A DNA stretch of 64,000 bases from Victivallaceae bacterium. GTDB lineage: Bacteria > Verrucomicrobiota > Lentisphaeria > Victivallales > Victivallaceae. Shown here one piece after another: positions 1 to 9,349 of this stretch (positions are counted from its first letter, which is position 1; every line of letters starts with the position of its first letter). Where the stretch lies: positions 1,340-65,339 of the forward strand of contig JAQUTL010000014.1 in assembly GCA_028709805.1 (NCBI GenBank), read 5' to 3'. Below the pieces are notes generated by a model, which did no database searches, was not told the DNA's origin, and saw only the letters and a program-made list of their open reading frames with translations. The translations under genes were made by a program, and so were the position numbers.

Positions 1-501
1 CTGAAAGCACGTTCTCCCGGAGCAAAGGTGGTGCTCACCACACCGCGCGGCCGGTTGTTCAGCCAGAAGCTGGCGCGTGAATTGGTTGGGGAGGAACGTC
101 TGATCGTGGTTTGCGGCCATTACGAGGGAGTCGATCAGCGCTATATCGATTCCCGCGTCGATTACGAAGTGTCGATCGGAGATTATGTGCTGACCAACGG
201 CAATCTTCCGGCGATGGTGATGATCGACGCGATCGCCAGGCTGCTTCCCGGAGCACTCGGCTGCGAAGAGTCCAGCGAGGATGAATCGCACACCGGATGG
301 CTGCTGGAATATCCGCAGTACACGCGTCCGGAGGAGTATGAGGGGCTGAAGGTGCCGGAAATATTGCTGTCCGGCGACCACGGCAAAATCGCCGCATGGC
401 GCCGGCAGGAAGCCGAATGGCTGACCATGCGGAGACGGCCTGAGCTTTATGCCAGACACCGCGCATGGCCGCGCGAAATAAAAGATGTAAACAAAGATTA
501 A
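1..501 (+). CDS. trmD: tRNA (guanine37-N1)-methyltransferase TrmD, 5-prime end cut by window edge
   Basis: Frame 1 is open from base 1. It shows the TrmD C-terminal core (VVCGHYEGVDQRYID, SIGDYVLTNGNLPAMVMIDAIARLLPG, LLEYPQYTRP). rplS follows, as in the conserved trmD-rplS cluster. Confidence 0.9.
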   Translation: MKARSPGAKVVLTTPRGRLFSQKLARELVGEERLIVVCGHYEGVDQRYIDSRVDYEVSIGDYVLTNGNLPAMVMIDAIARLLPGALGCEESSEDESHTGWLLEYPQYTRPEEYEGLKVPEILLSGDHGKIAAWRRQEAEWLTMRRRPELYARHRAWPREIKDVNKD

Positions 502-519
502 TATTTGGAGGATTAAAAA

Positions 520-867
520 ATGAACGCAGTTGACAAGATCCGCAACAGCGGACTTAAGGAAAACGTCACCGACTTCGCGGCCGGAGACAGCGTCAAGGTT
601 TATGTGAAGATCGTGGAAGGCGACACCGAGCGCACTCAGCTTTTCGCCGGCACGGTCATCGCCCGTCGCGGCAGCGGAATTGAAGAGACGTTCACCGTCC
701 GCCGGGTGGTTTCCGGTCAGGGCGTGGAGCGTGTGTTCCCGCTCAACAGCCCGCGGATTGACCGCATCGAAGTCGTCCGCAAAGGCAAGACCCGCCGCGC
801 CAAGCTGTACTATCTGCGCAACAAGATCGGTAAAGCCGCCCGCGTCAAAGAACTGCGCGCGCAGTAA
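520..867 (+). CDS. rplS: 50S ribosomal protein L19
   Basis: 115 aa with L19-like sequence ([40 protein letters not shown]). GGAGGA lies about 10 nt upstream of the ATG. Confidence 0.95.
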   Translation: MNAVDKIRNSGLKENVTDFAAGDSVKVYVKIVEGDTERTQLFAGTVIARRGSGIEETFTVRRVVSGQGVERVFPLNSPRIDRIEVVRKGKTRRAKLYYLRNKIGKAARVKELRAQ

Positions 868-900
868 TACCGCGATTGGTAATACGGCGGCCTGACTCAT

Positions 901-1560
901 ATGGCGGCGGAAAAACCAATCGACGAACTCCTCGGCTTGGAACGGCAGTTGCGGGCGGAGGGGTTTTTGTTTATTGGCGGCGTTGACGAGGCGGGCCGCG
1001 GACCGCTGGCCGGTCCGGTGGTCGCGGCGTGCGTGGTGTTTCCGGATTTCAACGGACTGCCGCACGTCAACGACTCGAAGCAGCTCTCCGCCGCCAGACG
1101 CGAAGAGCTTGAGACAGAAATAAAGGAGTTTCCCGGCGTCCGGTGGGCGCTCGGGATCGTGGACGCGGCGGAGATTGACCGGATCAATATTCTGCAGGCC
1201 ACCTACAAGGCGATGCGCGAGGCGATTGCCGGGGTCAGCCAAGTGGAGGTTGTGCTGGTGGACGGCAATCCGGTGCCGGGGCTGCCGGTGAAGTCGCGTT
1301 CGGTGGTCAAGGGAGACGCCTGCTCGGCAAGCATCGCCGCCGCCAGCATTCTGGCCAAGGTCTGTCGCGACCGGATGATGACGGAGTTTGACCGGCGCTA
1401 TCCGGAATACGGATTTGCCGGCCACAAAGGTTACGGGACGGCGGCGCATTTGCTGGCGCTTGAAAAATACGGGGCGTGCGAGATTCACCGCCGAAGTTTT
1501 GCTCCGGTGAAAAGGATCGTTGAAGGAGCGCCTGAACAGTTGGATTTTTGGAAAAATTAA
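901..1560 (+). CDS. rnhB: ribonuclease HII
   Basis: 219 aa with RNase HII motifs GVDEAGRGPLAGPVV, NDSKQLS and GHKGYGT. Confidence 0.9.
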   Translation: MAAEKPIDELLGLERQLRAEGFLFIGGVDEAGRGPLAGPVVAACVVFPDFNGLPHVNDSKQLSAARREELETEIKEFPGVRWALGIVDAAEIDRINILQATYKAMREAIAGVSQVEVVLVDGNPVPGLPVKSRSVVKGDACSASIAAASILAKVCRDRMMTEFDRRYPEYGFAGHKGYGTAAHLLALEKYGACEIHRRSFAPVKRIVEGAPEQLDFWKN

Positions 1561-1576
1561 TATACAGGTGGAAAAA

Positions 1577-3307
1577 ATGAGCAAGTTTCCGGTCGAAACG
1601 ATTCGACACAGCGCGGCGCATGTAATGGCGGCCGCCGTACAAAAACTTTTCAACGACGTGCGGTTCGACATCGGTCCGGCCACCGCCGACGGCTTCTATT
1701 ACGATTTCGACATGCCGGTCCGGCTCACCCCGGAAGACCTCGAAAAAATCGAAGCCGAGATGAAGAAGATCATCAATTCGCACGCGCCGTTTGAATATTT
1801 TGAACTGACCCGGCCGGAAGCCGAAGCCATGCTGAAGGAAAAGGGGCAGATATTCAAACTCGAACGCCTTGCCGCCATTCCGGAAGGCGAAAAAATATCG
1901 TTTTACAAGACCGGCGATTATGTCGATCTCTGCCGCGGTCCGCACGTTGAGCACGCCGGACAGATCGGCGCGTTCAAGCTGCTGAGCATTGCCGGAAGCT
2001 ATTTCAAGGGCGACGAGAAAAATCCGATGCTTCAGCGCATCTACGGCACCGCCTTTGCGGAAAAGAGCGAACTTCACGACTACCTCCAGATGATCGAGGA
2101 GGCAAAAAAACGCGACCACCGCAAACTCGGCGTTGAACTTGACCTGTTCAGTTTCTCGGAAAACGTCGGTCCCGGTCTGGTGCTCTGGCATCCGAAAGGG
2201 GCGTTCATCCGCAACCAGTTTGAAACCTACTGGCGCGAGCAGCACTATCTGAACGGCTATCAGCTGATGTACACGCCGCACATCGGGCGCTGCGAACTCT
2301 GGCAGACCTCCGGTCACCTCGACTTCTACCGCGACGGCATGTACTCGCCGATGGACATCGACGATCACGACTACTACGTCAAGCCGATGAACTGCCCGTT
2401 CCATATTGAAATTTACAAGTCGCGCAACCGCTCCTACCGCGAGCTGCCGTGCCGCTGGGCGGAACTCGGCACGGTTTACCGCTATGAAAAGTCCGGAACG
2501 CTGCACGGTCTGCTGCGCGCCCGCGGCTTCACGCAGGACGATGCGCACATCATCTGCACGCCGGAACAGATTGAAGATGAAATCGCGGAAGTTCTGCGGT
2601 TCAGCCTGAGCATTTGGAAAACCTTCGGCTTCACCAAGATCAAGCCGTATCTCTCGACCCGCCCGGAAAAAGCGGTCGGCGCTCCCGAAAAATGGGCAAA
2701 AGCCATCGACTCGCTGGAAAAAGCGGTGCGGAAAGCCGGACTGGACTGCGTGGTGGACGAAGGCGGCGGCGCATTCTACGGCCCCAAGATCGACCTGAAG
2801 GTGCTCGACGCAATCGGCCGCGAATGGCAGACCACCACCATTCAGTTCGACTTCAACCTCCCGGAGCGGTTCAACATGACCTACACCGGGGAGGACGGCA
2901 AACTTCACCAGCCGTTCATGGTTCACCGCGCGCTGTTCGGTTCGATCGAACGCTTCTTCGGCATCCTGATCGAGCACTATGCCGGAGCGTTTCCGCTCTG
3001 GCTGGCGCCGGAACAGGGCCGCATCCTGCCGATCACCGACAACCAGAAGGACGCGGCCTGCGCGCTGAGGGACAAGATGACCGCCGCCGGCCTCCGGGTA
3101 ACGGTGGACGACCGCAGTCAAAGCCTCGGCGGCAAGATCAAGGACTGCCGTAACGACCGGCTCCAGTACATTCTGGTGATTGGTGAACGCGAGGCGGCCG
3201 GCAATGCGGTCGGCGTCCGCTCGCGGCGCGAAGGAGAGCTCGGTGCGATGGCGCCGGAAGCCCTGATTGCGAAGATGCAGAAGGAAGTCTGCGAAAAAAC
3301 CTTTTGA
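1577..3307 (+). CDS. thrS: threonine--tRNA ligase (no N-terminal TGS domain)
   Basis: Start set at ATG 1577 (MSKFPVETIRHSAAHVMAAAV), 17 nt after the rnhB stop. The ORF-track start 1520 would overlap rnhB. The editing-domain HxxxH (HSAAH), the class II catalytic core (YRELPCRWAELGTVYRYE, GFTQDDAHI, HRALFGSIERFFGILIEH) and the anticodon-binding domain are present. Confidence 0.95.
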   Translation: MSKFPVETIRHSAAHVMAAAVQKLFNDVRFDIGPATADGFYYDFDMPVRLTPEDLEKIEAEMKKIINSHAPFEYFELTRPEAEAMLKEKGQIFKLERLAAIPEGEKISFYKTGDYVDLCRGPHVEHAGQIGAFKLLSIAGSYFKGDEKNPMLQRIYGTAFAEKSELHDYLQMIEEAKKRDHRKLGVELDLFSFSENVGPGLVLWHPKGAFIRNQFETYWREQHYLNGYQLMYTPHIGRCELWQTSGHLDFYRDGMYSPMDIDDHDYYVKPMNCPFHIEIYKSRNRSYRELPCRWAELGTVYRYEKSGTLHGLLRARGFTQDDAHIICTPEQIEDEIAEVLRFSLSIWKTFGFTKIKPYLSTRPEKAVGAPEKWAKAIDSLEKAVRKAGLDCVVDEGGGAFYGPKIDLKVLDAIGREWQTTTIQFDFNLPERFNMTYTGEDGKLHQPFMVHRALFGSIERFFGILIEHYAGAFPLWLAPEQGRILPITDNQKDAACALRDKMTAAGLRVTVDDRSQSLGGKIKDCRNDRLQYILVIGEREAAGNAVGVRSRREGELGAMAPEALIAKMQKEVCEKTF

Positions 3308-3331
3308 CTTTTATAGACAAGATGCTATATT
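3304..3331 (+). promoter_or_regulatory. putative sigma-70 promoter for infC (TTGACT-N16-TATATT) overlapping the thrS stop
   Basis: TTGACT at 3304-3309 and TATATT at 3326-3331, with a 16-nt spacer. The same architecture recurs upstream of other genes in this window. Confidence 0.35.
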
Positions 3332-3364
3332 ATTGTAATTAACAGCAATATACGGAGGCAGATC

Positions 3365-3970
3365 ATAGCTAAGTTATTGAAAATCGGGGATCGCTCGTTC
3401 ACCGCCGACCGGGTTCGTCTGGTCGGAGTGGACGGAGAGCAGTTGGACATTGTGCCTTTGGCGAAAGCTCGCGAATTGGCCGTTGCCGCGCATTTGGATC
3501 TGGTGGTGGTATCGGAAAAGGCGGTGCCGCCGGTGGTTCGCATTATGGACTTCGGCAAACTTCAGTATGAACAGAAAAAGAATCTGAAGGCTCAGCGGAA
3601 GAACTCAATCGCGCAAAAGCTCAAGGAAGTCAAGTTCCACATGAACATTGACGCCCACGATTATGAATATAAATTGAATCATGCCGTTGACTTTTTGCAA
3701 AAAGGGTGTAGATTAAAAGTCACGCTGGCGCTTCGCGGCCGTGAAATGGCCCACAAGGAGTTGGCGGACGAGTTGATGAAGAAAATTATGCTCTATCTGG
3801 CGCAGTACGCGGAAGCGGACGGCGCGCCGAAGATGTTCGGCCGCAACATCACGGTGACTTTTGCCGTGGTCAAAAACGCCAAGAAGGGCGACCGGAAGGA
3901 CGATGGAGCTTCCGTTGCGGCGGAGCCGGAAAATGACGACGCTTCTTCGGATGCGGTCGAACAGGAGTAA
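3365..3970 (+). CDS. infC: translation initiation factor IF-3 (start codon uncertain, probably non-canonical)
   Basis: IF-3 N and C domains (VRLVGVDGEQLDIVPLAKARELA, PPVVRIMDFGKLQYEQKK, KEVKFHMNIDAHDYEYK). The frame is open upstream of TTG 3377. GGAGG at 3354-3358 is best spaced for ATA 3365 (or ATC 3362), while TTG 3377 is 18 nt away. Confidence 0.9.
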   Translation: MAKLLKIGDRSFTADRVRLVGVDGEQLDIVPLAKARELAVAAHLDLVVVSEKAVPPVVRIMDFGKLQYEQKKNLKAQRKNSIAQKLKEVKFHMNIDAHDYEYKLNHAVDFLQKGCRLKVTLALRGREMAHKELADELMKKIMLYLAQYAEADGAPKMFGRNITVTFAVVKNAKKGDRKDDGASVAAEPENDDASSDAVEQE

Positions 3971-3992
3971 AAATCCCGGCGGCGCGGAATAT

Positions 3993-4152
3993 GCGTGAGC
4001 GAAACCGCGATGTGATGCGAAGCGCGTGATAAGCGTGAGCGAAACCGCGGTGTGATGCGAAGCACGTGATAAGCGTGGGCGAAACCGCGATGTGATGCGA
4101 AGCGCGTGATAAGCGTGAGCGAAACCGCGGTGTGATGCGAAGCACGTGATGA
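3993..4152. repeat. 4 x 40-bp head-to-tail tandem repeat (80-bp higher-order unit x2) in the infC-rpmI spacer
   Basis: Units lie at 3993-4032, 4033-4072, 4073-4112 and 4113-4152. The consensus is GCGTGAGCGAAACCGCGRTGTGATGCGAAGCRCGTGATAA. Units 1/3 and 2/4 share the same variant bases. Confidence 0.95.
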
Positions 4153-4410
4153 ACGTGTGAGGCTCCGCCGGATGATGGAATGATGGAAAGCGGTGGAAAC
4201 AGTTTTCCGGCCGGCTGAAATGCCGGACTGGCCGCGGGCGCGGCAAAAGAAAACGCCCCGGCCGGAACAAGGTTGAACAATATACGCCGCGGCAACGCGG
4301 CATAATAAGAACGCACTGCGACAGGCCGAGTGGCATCTGCCGCCGCAGAGCAGAACCGCGGAACACCAAACCGGTTCCGCATAATGTGGGAAGCCACAAA
4401 GGAGCAAACG

Positions 4411-4611
4411 ATGCCGAAACTGAAGACCCGCAAATGCGCCGCCAAGCGCCTGAAGATGACCGGAACCGGCAAGTTCCGTCACTTCCGCGCCGGAGCGCGC
4501 CACCTCCTCACCGGAAAAACCGCCAAGCGCAGAAGACATCTGGGCAAGGACGCCGCTGTTTCGTCTGCCGAAAGCCGCAGAATCAAAGCCGCGCTCCCGT
4601 ACGGACTGTAA
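4411..4611 (+). CDS. rpmI: 50S ribosomal protein L35
   Basis: MPKLKTRKCAAKRLKMTGTGKFRHFRAGARHLL matches L35. AGGAG lies 6 nt upstream of ATG 4411. The longer ORF-track start (4330) has no support. Confidence 0.9.
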   Translation: MPKLKTRKCAAKRLKMTGTGKFRHFRAGARHLLTGKTAKRRRHLGKDAAVSSAESRRIKAALPYGL

Positions 4612-4632
4612 AAGAGAAAAGGAGTTCAAACC

Positions 4633-4986
4633 ATGTCCAGAGTTACCTGCGCTGTCGCATCCCGTAAACGCCGCAAGCGCCTTCTTGAGCGCGCCAAAGG
4701 GTTTTACGGCTGTTCTTCCAAAAATATCCGCACTGCTTATGACGCCGTAGACAAGGCGATGAGTCATGCCTATATGGGGCGCAAGCAGAAGAAACGTCAG
4801 TATCGCCGTCTGTGGACCGTGCGTATCAACGCCGCCTGCCGCATGCTCGGCACCAATTACAGCACCTTCATGGACGGACTCAAGAAGGCGAATATCGAGC
4901 TGAACCGCAAGGTTCTGGCCGATCTCGCGGTCAACGAGTTTCAGGAGTTTAAGGCTCTGGTAGAGAAAGTCGCTCCTGCCAAGTAA
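4633..4986 (+). CDS. rplT: 50S ribosomal protein L20
   Basis: 117 aa with L20-like sequence ([28 protein letters not shown]). GGAG lies upstream. Confidence 0.95.
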   Translation: MSRVTCAVASRKRRKRLLERAKGFYGCSSKNIRTAYDAVDKAMSHAYMGRKQKKRQYRRLWTVRINAACRMLGTNYSTFMDGLKKANIELNRKVLADLAVNEFQEFKALVEKVAPAK

Positions 4987-5009
4987 GTTCCTGTAGTTTT
5001 TAGTATTTT

Positions 5010-5062
5010 AACAGCTTGGAAGGTTGAGGCTGAAAGTCTCCGCCGTTCAAGCTGTTTTTTTT
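5010..5062 (+). terminator. hairpin plus T8 between rplT and pheS (terminator or attenuator)
   Basis: AACAGCTTG (5010-5018) pairs with CAAGCTGTT (5048-5056). An 8-T run ends at 5062. The 29-nt interior lowers confidence. Confidence 0.45.
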
Positions 5063-5089
5063 GCAGTCAAATCAGAGATAGGTGGAAAA

Positions 5090-6106
5090 ATGACGATTGT
5101 CGAACAGATTTCCGAGGCGCTCACCCAGGCCGGAACCGACCTTGCCGCCGCACAGACGTCCGCCGCGATCGAAGAGGTGCGGGTGCGCCTGATCGGACGC
5201 AAAGGCGTTCTGACTTCTTTAACCAGAGACATGGGCGCGGCCGCCCCGGAAGAGCGTCGCGCCATCGGCCAGGCGTTCAATCGCGCCAAGAACGAACTGC
5301 AGAACATGCTGACCGCCGCCGAAGAGCGGCTCGGCTCCGGCGGAGCGAAAGCGGACGCGATCGATGTGACGTTGCCGGGACGCGCCTGGGCGCACGGTCA
5401 TAAACACCCGGTGACCCGGATTATCGACGAATGTGTGACCATCTTCCGCCGCATGGGTTTTATCGTGGCCGAGGGGCCGGAACTTGAGACCGTCCACCAC
5501 TGCTTTGACGCGCTGAACGCACCGCCGGATCACCCGTCGCGCTCCCCGTCCGACACCTTCTACCTCCCCGACGGCCGTCTGCTGCGCACCCAGACCAGCA
5601 CGGTCCAGATCCGCGCGATGGAAAGTCAGGAGCCGCCGGTGCGGATCATCGCCCCGGGACGCTGCTTCCGGCGCGACACTCCGGACGCCACCCACGGCAT
5701 GAACTTCCACCAGTGCGAAGGACTCTATATCGACCGCGACGTCTCCATGGCCGACCTCAAAAGCGTGCTTCAGAACTTGGCCTGGGAACTGTTCGGCAAA
5801 AACGTCAGCATCCGGCTGCGTCCGCACTTCTTCCCGTTTACCGAGCCGAGCGTGGAATACGACTTTTCCTGCATCATGTGCGGCGGCAAAGGCTGCCCGG
5901 TCTGCAAACAGTCCGGCTATATCGAGATCGCCGGCGCCGGCATGGTGGACCCGAACGTGCTGCGCAATGTCGGCTACGACCCGGAAATCTGGAGCGGCTA
6001 CGCCTTCGGCATCGGCATGGAGCGGCTGGCCATGCTCCGCCACCGGATCGGCGACCTGCGGAATCTCTACGAAAATGACGTCCGCTTCCTGCGGCAGTTC
6101 AACTGA
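5090..6106 (+). CDS. pheS: phenylalanine--tRNA ligase alpha subunit
   Basis: Start at ATG 5090 (MTIVEQISEAL) with GGTGGA upstream. Class II motifs are present (HPVTRIIDE, FRRDTPDATHGMNFHQCEGL, GYAFGIGMERLAML). Confidence 0.95.
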   Translation: MTIVEQISEALTQAGTDLAAAQTSAAIEEVRVRLIGRKGVLTSLTRDMGAAAPEERRAIGQAFNRAKNELQNMLTAAEERLGSGGAKADAIDVTLPGRAWAHGHKHPVTRIIDECVTIFRRMGFIVAEGPELETVHHCFDALNAPPDHPSRSPSDTFYLPDGRLLRTQTSTVQIRAMESQEPPVRIIAPGRCFRRDTPDATHGMNFHQCEGLYIDRDVSMADLKSVLQNLAWELFGKNVSIRLRPHFFPFTEPSVEYDFSCIMCGGKGCPVCKQSGYIEIAGAGMVDPNVLRNVGYDPEIWSGYAFGIGMERLAMLRHRIGDLRNLYENDVRFLRQFN

Positions 6107-6114
6107 GGTGAAAA

Positions 6115-8502
6115 ATGTTGATTTCATATAATGCGTTGGCTTACTACGTCAATCTGGACGGAGTGTCGCTTGAAGAGCTGTGCAAAGAGATAACCAAAGC
6201 CGGCATCGAGGTGGAGGCGGTCACGCCGCTCAACGCCGTGCCGGAAGGTGTGGTGGCGGCGGAGATACGCGAGCGCAAGCCGCACCCGAACGCCGACAAG
6301 CTCTCGGTCTGCCGGGTGTTCAACGGCAGTGAAGAGGTGCAGATCGTCTGCGGCGCACCGAACTGCGACGCCGGAAAGATCGTTCCATTGGCAGTGATCG
6401 GCACAAAATTTCATGAAAACGGCGAAACGTTTGAGATAAAAAAAGCAAAATTGCGCGGCGTGGAATCCTTCGGCATGATGTGCAGCGCCAAGGAGATCGG
6501 CGTCGGAGACGACCATGACGGACTGCTGGAACTGCCGGCAGAGACCAAACCGGGAACGCCGGTGGCGTCGCTGTTCAAGCCGGACTGGCAGATTGAAGTG
6601 GAAGTCACGCCGAACCGGCCGGACTGGCTCAGTTTCTGGGGCATCGCACGCGACGTGAGCTGTTTGTTCGACGCCGTGGCGAAACTGCCGGAGCTGGCGG
6701 TTCCGAAGGCGAAACCGGAGGCGCTGCCGGAAAATCTGGTAACCGTCAACGCGCCCGACCTCTGTCTGCGCTACACCGCGCAGGTGGTGCGGAATGTCAC
6801 CGTCAAAGAGAGTCCGGAATGGCTAAAGCGCACGCTGCGCAGCGTGGGGCTCCGCCCGATCAACAACATCGTGGACATCACCAACTTCATCATGATGGAG
6901 CTGGGTCAGCCGCTGCACGCGTTCGATTACGACAAGCTGGCCGAGGGGCGCATCGTGGTGCGCCGCGCGGCCGACGGCGAAAAACTTGAACTGCTCAACG
7001 GCAAAACCGTTGAACTCGGAGAGAAAAATCTGGTGATCTGCGACGCGGCCCGTCCGCTGGCGCTGGCCGGAATCATGGGCGGCGAGGAGAGCGGAATCTC
7101 CGAGCGCACCGTCAGCGTTCTGATCGAAAGCGCGGTGTTCGCTCCGTCCAATATCCGCGCCACCAGCCGCGCGCTCGGCGTGTCCAGCGACTCCAGTTAC
7201 CGCTTTGAACGCGGCATCGACTTTGAGATGGCCGACTATGCCGGAAAGCGCGCGGTTCAGCTGATCTGCGAACTCGCCGGCGGACAGCCGGTCGGCAATC
7301 ATGTGGACGTCTACTCCAAATATCCGGCGCGCAACGTGATCGGCTGCCGGTTCGACAAAATCAGAAAACTGCTCGGCATGGCCGTCACCAATCAGGAGAT
7401 TACCGCCATATTCCGCAAACTCCATCTGGAAGTGGCCGACGAAACCGAGAGCAGCTGCGTGGTCACCGCGCCGCTGTTCCGCATGGACCTTGAACGCGAG
7501 GCCGACCTTGCCGAGGAAGTCGCCCGCATCCGCGGACTCGACGCCATTCCGCTGATTCCGGTCAACACAAAAATCGTCAGCTCGCTCAAGGACGATGCGC
7601 GACTGGCCGACAGCACACTGCGCGACCAGTGGATCGGTCTCGGATTGATCGAATGTATGAATTACAGCACCGTCACTGCTGAATCGGCGCTCAGCGACAC
7701 CAGATTCAAGGAGTCCGATCTGATCCGGATTTCCAATCCGATCAGCCCGGAACTCGCCTGGGTGCGGCCGTCGCTCTGGGGAGAAATGATTCAGGTGGCC
7801 GCCCGCAACATCGCCCGGAGAAACCTTGACTGGGCGCTCTTCGAGCAGGATCGCGTGTTCTGCGGCAACCCCGCGCTGTTCCCGGAGGAGCGTCAGGAAA
7901 TATGCCTGATGCTCAGCGGGGCAAAGCAGCCGGAACTTTACGGCGCGCCGGACTGCGATTTCTACGACCTGAAGGGATTGATCGAAACGCTGCTGAATCT
8001 CCGCGGCACGATCGACTTCTCGTTTGAACCCTCCGACGACCGCCGGTTCGTTCCCGGCACCGCGGCAAAACTTCTGATCGACGGCCGTGAGGCCGGTCAA
8101 CTCGGCCGCATCCCGACCGACGGCTGGCGCACGCCGCACGCGGTGTTCGGCGCCACCATCGAAGCCGCCGCCATACTCGGCGCAAAAACGAAATCAATCA
8201 ACGCCGTTCCGCTGCCGAACTTCCCGGCCACCGCGCGCGACGTGGCGTTTCTCGCGCCGTCGGCGCTGACCCACGCCGAAATCACCGCGTTCATCCGCGG
8301 CCTGAAACTCGCAAACTTCGAGTCAGTGGAACTGTTCGATGTTTTCTCCGACGAAAAAGTGCTCGGCGCCGGCAAAAAAAGCATGGCATACCGCGTCACG
8401 TTCCGCAACATGGAGCGCACATTGAAGGACGAAGAGGTCAATCAGGTGTTTGACAAACTCCGCAAACAACTGGCCGACAAACTCGGCGTTGAACTGCGCT
8501 GA
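6115..8502 (+). CDS. pheT: phenylalanine--tRNA ligase beta subunit
   Basis: 795 aa. It has an N-terminal tRNA-binding OB fold (KPHPNADKLSVCRV, KLRGVESFGMMCS), B3_4/B5 regions and a C-terminal FDX-ACB-like domain. It lies directly after pheS. Confidence 0.95.
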   Translation: MLISYNALAYYVNLDGVSLEELCKEITKAGIEVEAVTPLNAVPEGVVAAEIRERKPHPNADKLSVCRVFNGSEEVQIVCGAPNCDAGKIVPLAVIGTKFHENGETFEIKKAKLRGVESFGMMCSAKEIGVGDDHDGLLELPAETKPGTPVASLFKPDWQIEVEVTPNRPDWLSFWGIARDVSCLFDAVAKLPELAVPKAKPEALPENLVTVNAPDLCLRYTAQVVRNVTVKESPEWLKRTLRSVGLRPINNIVDITNFIMMELGQPLHAFDYDKLAEGRIVVRRAADGEKLELLNGKTVELGEKNLVICDAARPLALAGIMGGEESGISERTVSVLIESAVFAPSNIRATSRALGVSSDSSYRFERGIDFEMADYAGKRAVQLICELAGGQPVGNHVDVYSKYPARNVIGCRFDKIRKLLGMAVTNQEITAIFRKLHLEVADETESSCVVTAPLFRMDLEREADLAEEVARIRGLDAIPLIPVNTKIVSSLKDDARLADSTLRDQWIGLGLIECMNYSTVTAESALSDTRFKESDLIRISNPISPELAWVRPSLWGEMIQVAARNIARRNLDWALFEQDRVFCGNPALFPEERQEICLMLSGAKQPELYGAPDCDFYDLKGLIETLLNLRGTIDFSFEPSDDRRFVPGTAAKLLIDGREAGQLGRIPTDGWRTPHAVFGATIEAAAILGAKTKSINAVPLPNFPATARDVAFLAPSALTHAEITAFIRGLKLANFESVELFDVFSDEKVLGAGKKSMAYRVTFRNMERTLKDEEVNQVFDKLRKQLADKLGVELR

Positions 8503-8528
8503 CCATTCAGCACGGTATAGCGGCCTGA

Positions 8529-8570
8529 AACTCCGGGGCGCGGCTCTCCGCCGCGGCGCGGAGTTTTTTT
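8529..8570 (+). terminator. intrinsic terminator after pheT
   Basis: GC-rich imperfect hairpin (AACTCCG...CGGAGTT outer stem) followed by T7 at 8564-8570. Confidence 0.6.
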
Positions 8571-8593
8571 GTACTCAACCGCCGGAGCGTAAC

Positions 8594-8628
8594 AAAAAAA
8601 GACCGCCCGAATCTGACTTCGGGCGGTC
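8594..8628 (-). terminator. intrinsic terminator of the rubrerythrin gene
   Basis: Perfect 11-bp hairpin GACCGCCCGAA / TTCGGGCGGTC (8601-8628). An A7 run on the plus strand gives the U-tract on the minus-strand transcript. Confidence 0.7.
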
Positions 8629-8664
8629 CTGATTGTGTTCTACCGGCAAGCCGGGAACCGTTTA

Positions 8665-9201
8665 TCAGAAGTTGTCGCCTACCAATTCAAAATAGGCCTG
8701 CGGATGCTTGCAGACCGGGCACATCTCCGGAGCTTTTTCCCCCTCGTAGATGAAGCCGCAGTTGCGGCATTCCCAACGCACGGCCGGCTTGCGGCAGAAG
8801 ACGCGCTCCTTCTTGACGTTCTCAAGCAGCGCGAGATAGCGCTGCTCATGGCGCTTCTCCACCTCGGCAACGCGGGCAAAGCGCCGGGAAAGGTCTTCAA
8901 ACCCCTCGGCCTTGGCCACCTCGGAAAATTCACGATACATATTCGTCCACTCTTCATGCTCGCCGGCAGCGGCGGAAACCAGATTGGCCGCGGTGTCGCC
9001 AAGAAGTCCGAGCTCCTTGAACCAGAGCTTGGCGTGCTCCTTCTCGTTGTTGGCGGTCGACTCAAAGATGGCCGCGATCTGCTCATAACCCTCTTTACGG
9101 GCAACACCGGCAAAATAGGTGTATTTGTTGCGGGCCTGGGATTCTCCGGCAAACGCATACTGCAGATTCGCCGCGGTTTTGGAATTTTTCAGTTCAGTCA
9201 T
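8665..9201 (-). CDS. rbr: rubrerythrin
   Basis: Ferritin-like diiron E...ExxH pairs ([33 protein letters not shown]) plus a C-terminal rubredoxin-like CRNCG...CPVCKHP. Confidence 0.9.
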   Translation of the reverse strand: MTELKNSKTAANLQYAFAGESQARNKYTYFAGVARKEGYEQIAAIFESTANNEKEHAKLWFKELGLLGDTAANLVSAAAGEHEEWTNMYREFSEVAKAEGFEDLSRRFARVAEVEKRHEQRYLALLENVKKERVFCRKPAVRWECRNCGFIYEGEKAPEMCPVCKHPQAYFELVGDNF

Positions 9202-9349
9202 TTCAACTCTCCTTCCTGAGATTTTCAGTAAACATTATCAACTTATCGCCTTTTGCTGTTTTTTCAAGTCCGAATCTAAAAAAATCATAGAAAAAGATAG
9301 AGCTCTCCGGCGGAAAATCAAGTCAGAAATGTTTTTCGGCGGCAAATGA

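Noticed and set aside
1307-3121. 604-aa minus-strand ORF antisense to thrS. Similar long antisense ORFs lie at 5219-6127, 6823-8139, 11898-13199, 14611-15795, 26895-27905, 32452-33705, 58246-59220 and 59021-60241.
   Set aside because: These are typical high-GC shadow ORFs. Their translations are Arg/Ala/Gly/Val-rich low-complexity strings with no motifs. Each is fully nested opposite a gene with unambiguous conserved motifs.
3993-4152. Possible mini-CRISPR array.
   Set aside because: The units are contiguous with no spacers. There are only four copies, no cas genes occur anywhere in the window, and the array sits inside a ribosomal-protein operon.
3713-4767. Three overlapping minus-strand ORFs (200-324 aa) spanning the infC-rpmI spacer, with repetitive peptides (RFASHRGFAHAY...).
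   Set aside because: The repetition is simply the 40-bp tandem repeat read in frame. They run antisense through infC, rpmI and rplT and have no SD or family resemblance.
5024-5089. pheM-like Phe-rich leader peptide controlling pheST (the TTG 5024 ORF reads ...VFFAV... across the T-run).
   Set aside because: This reading frame continues without a stop into pheS, so it is not a separate leader peptide. Only two Phe codons are present, and they are the terminator T-tract itself.
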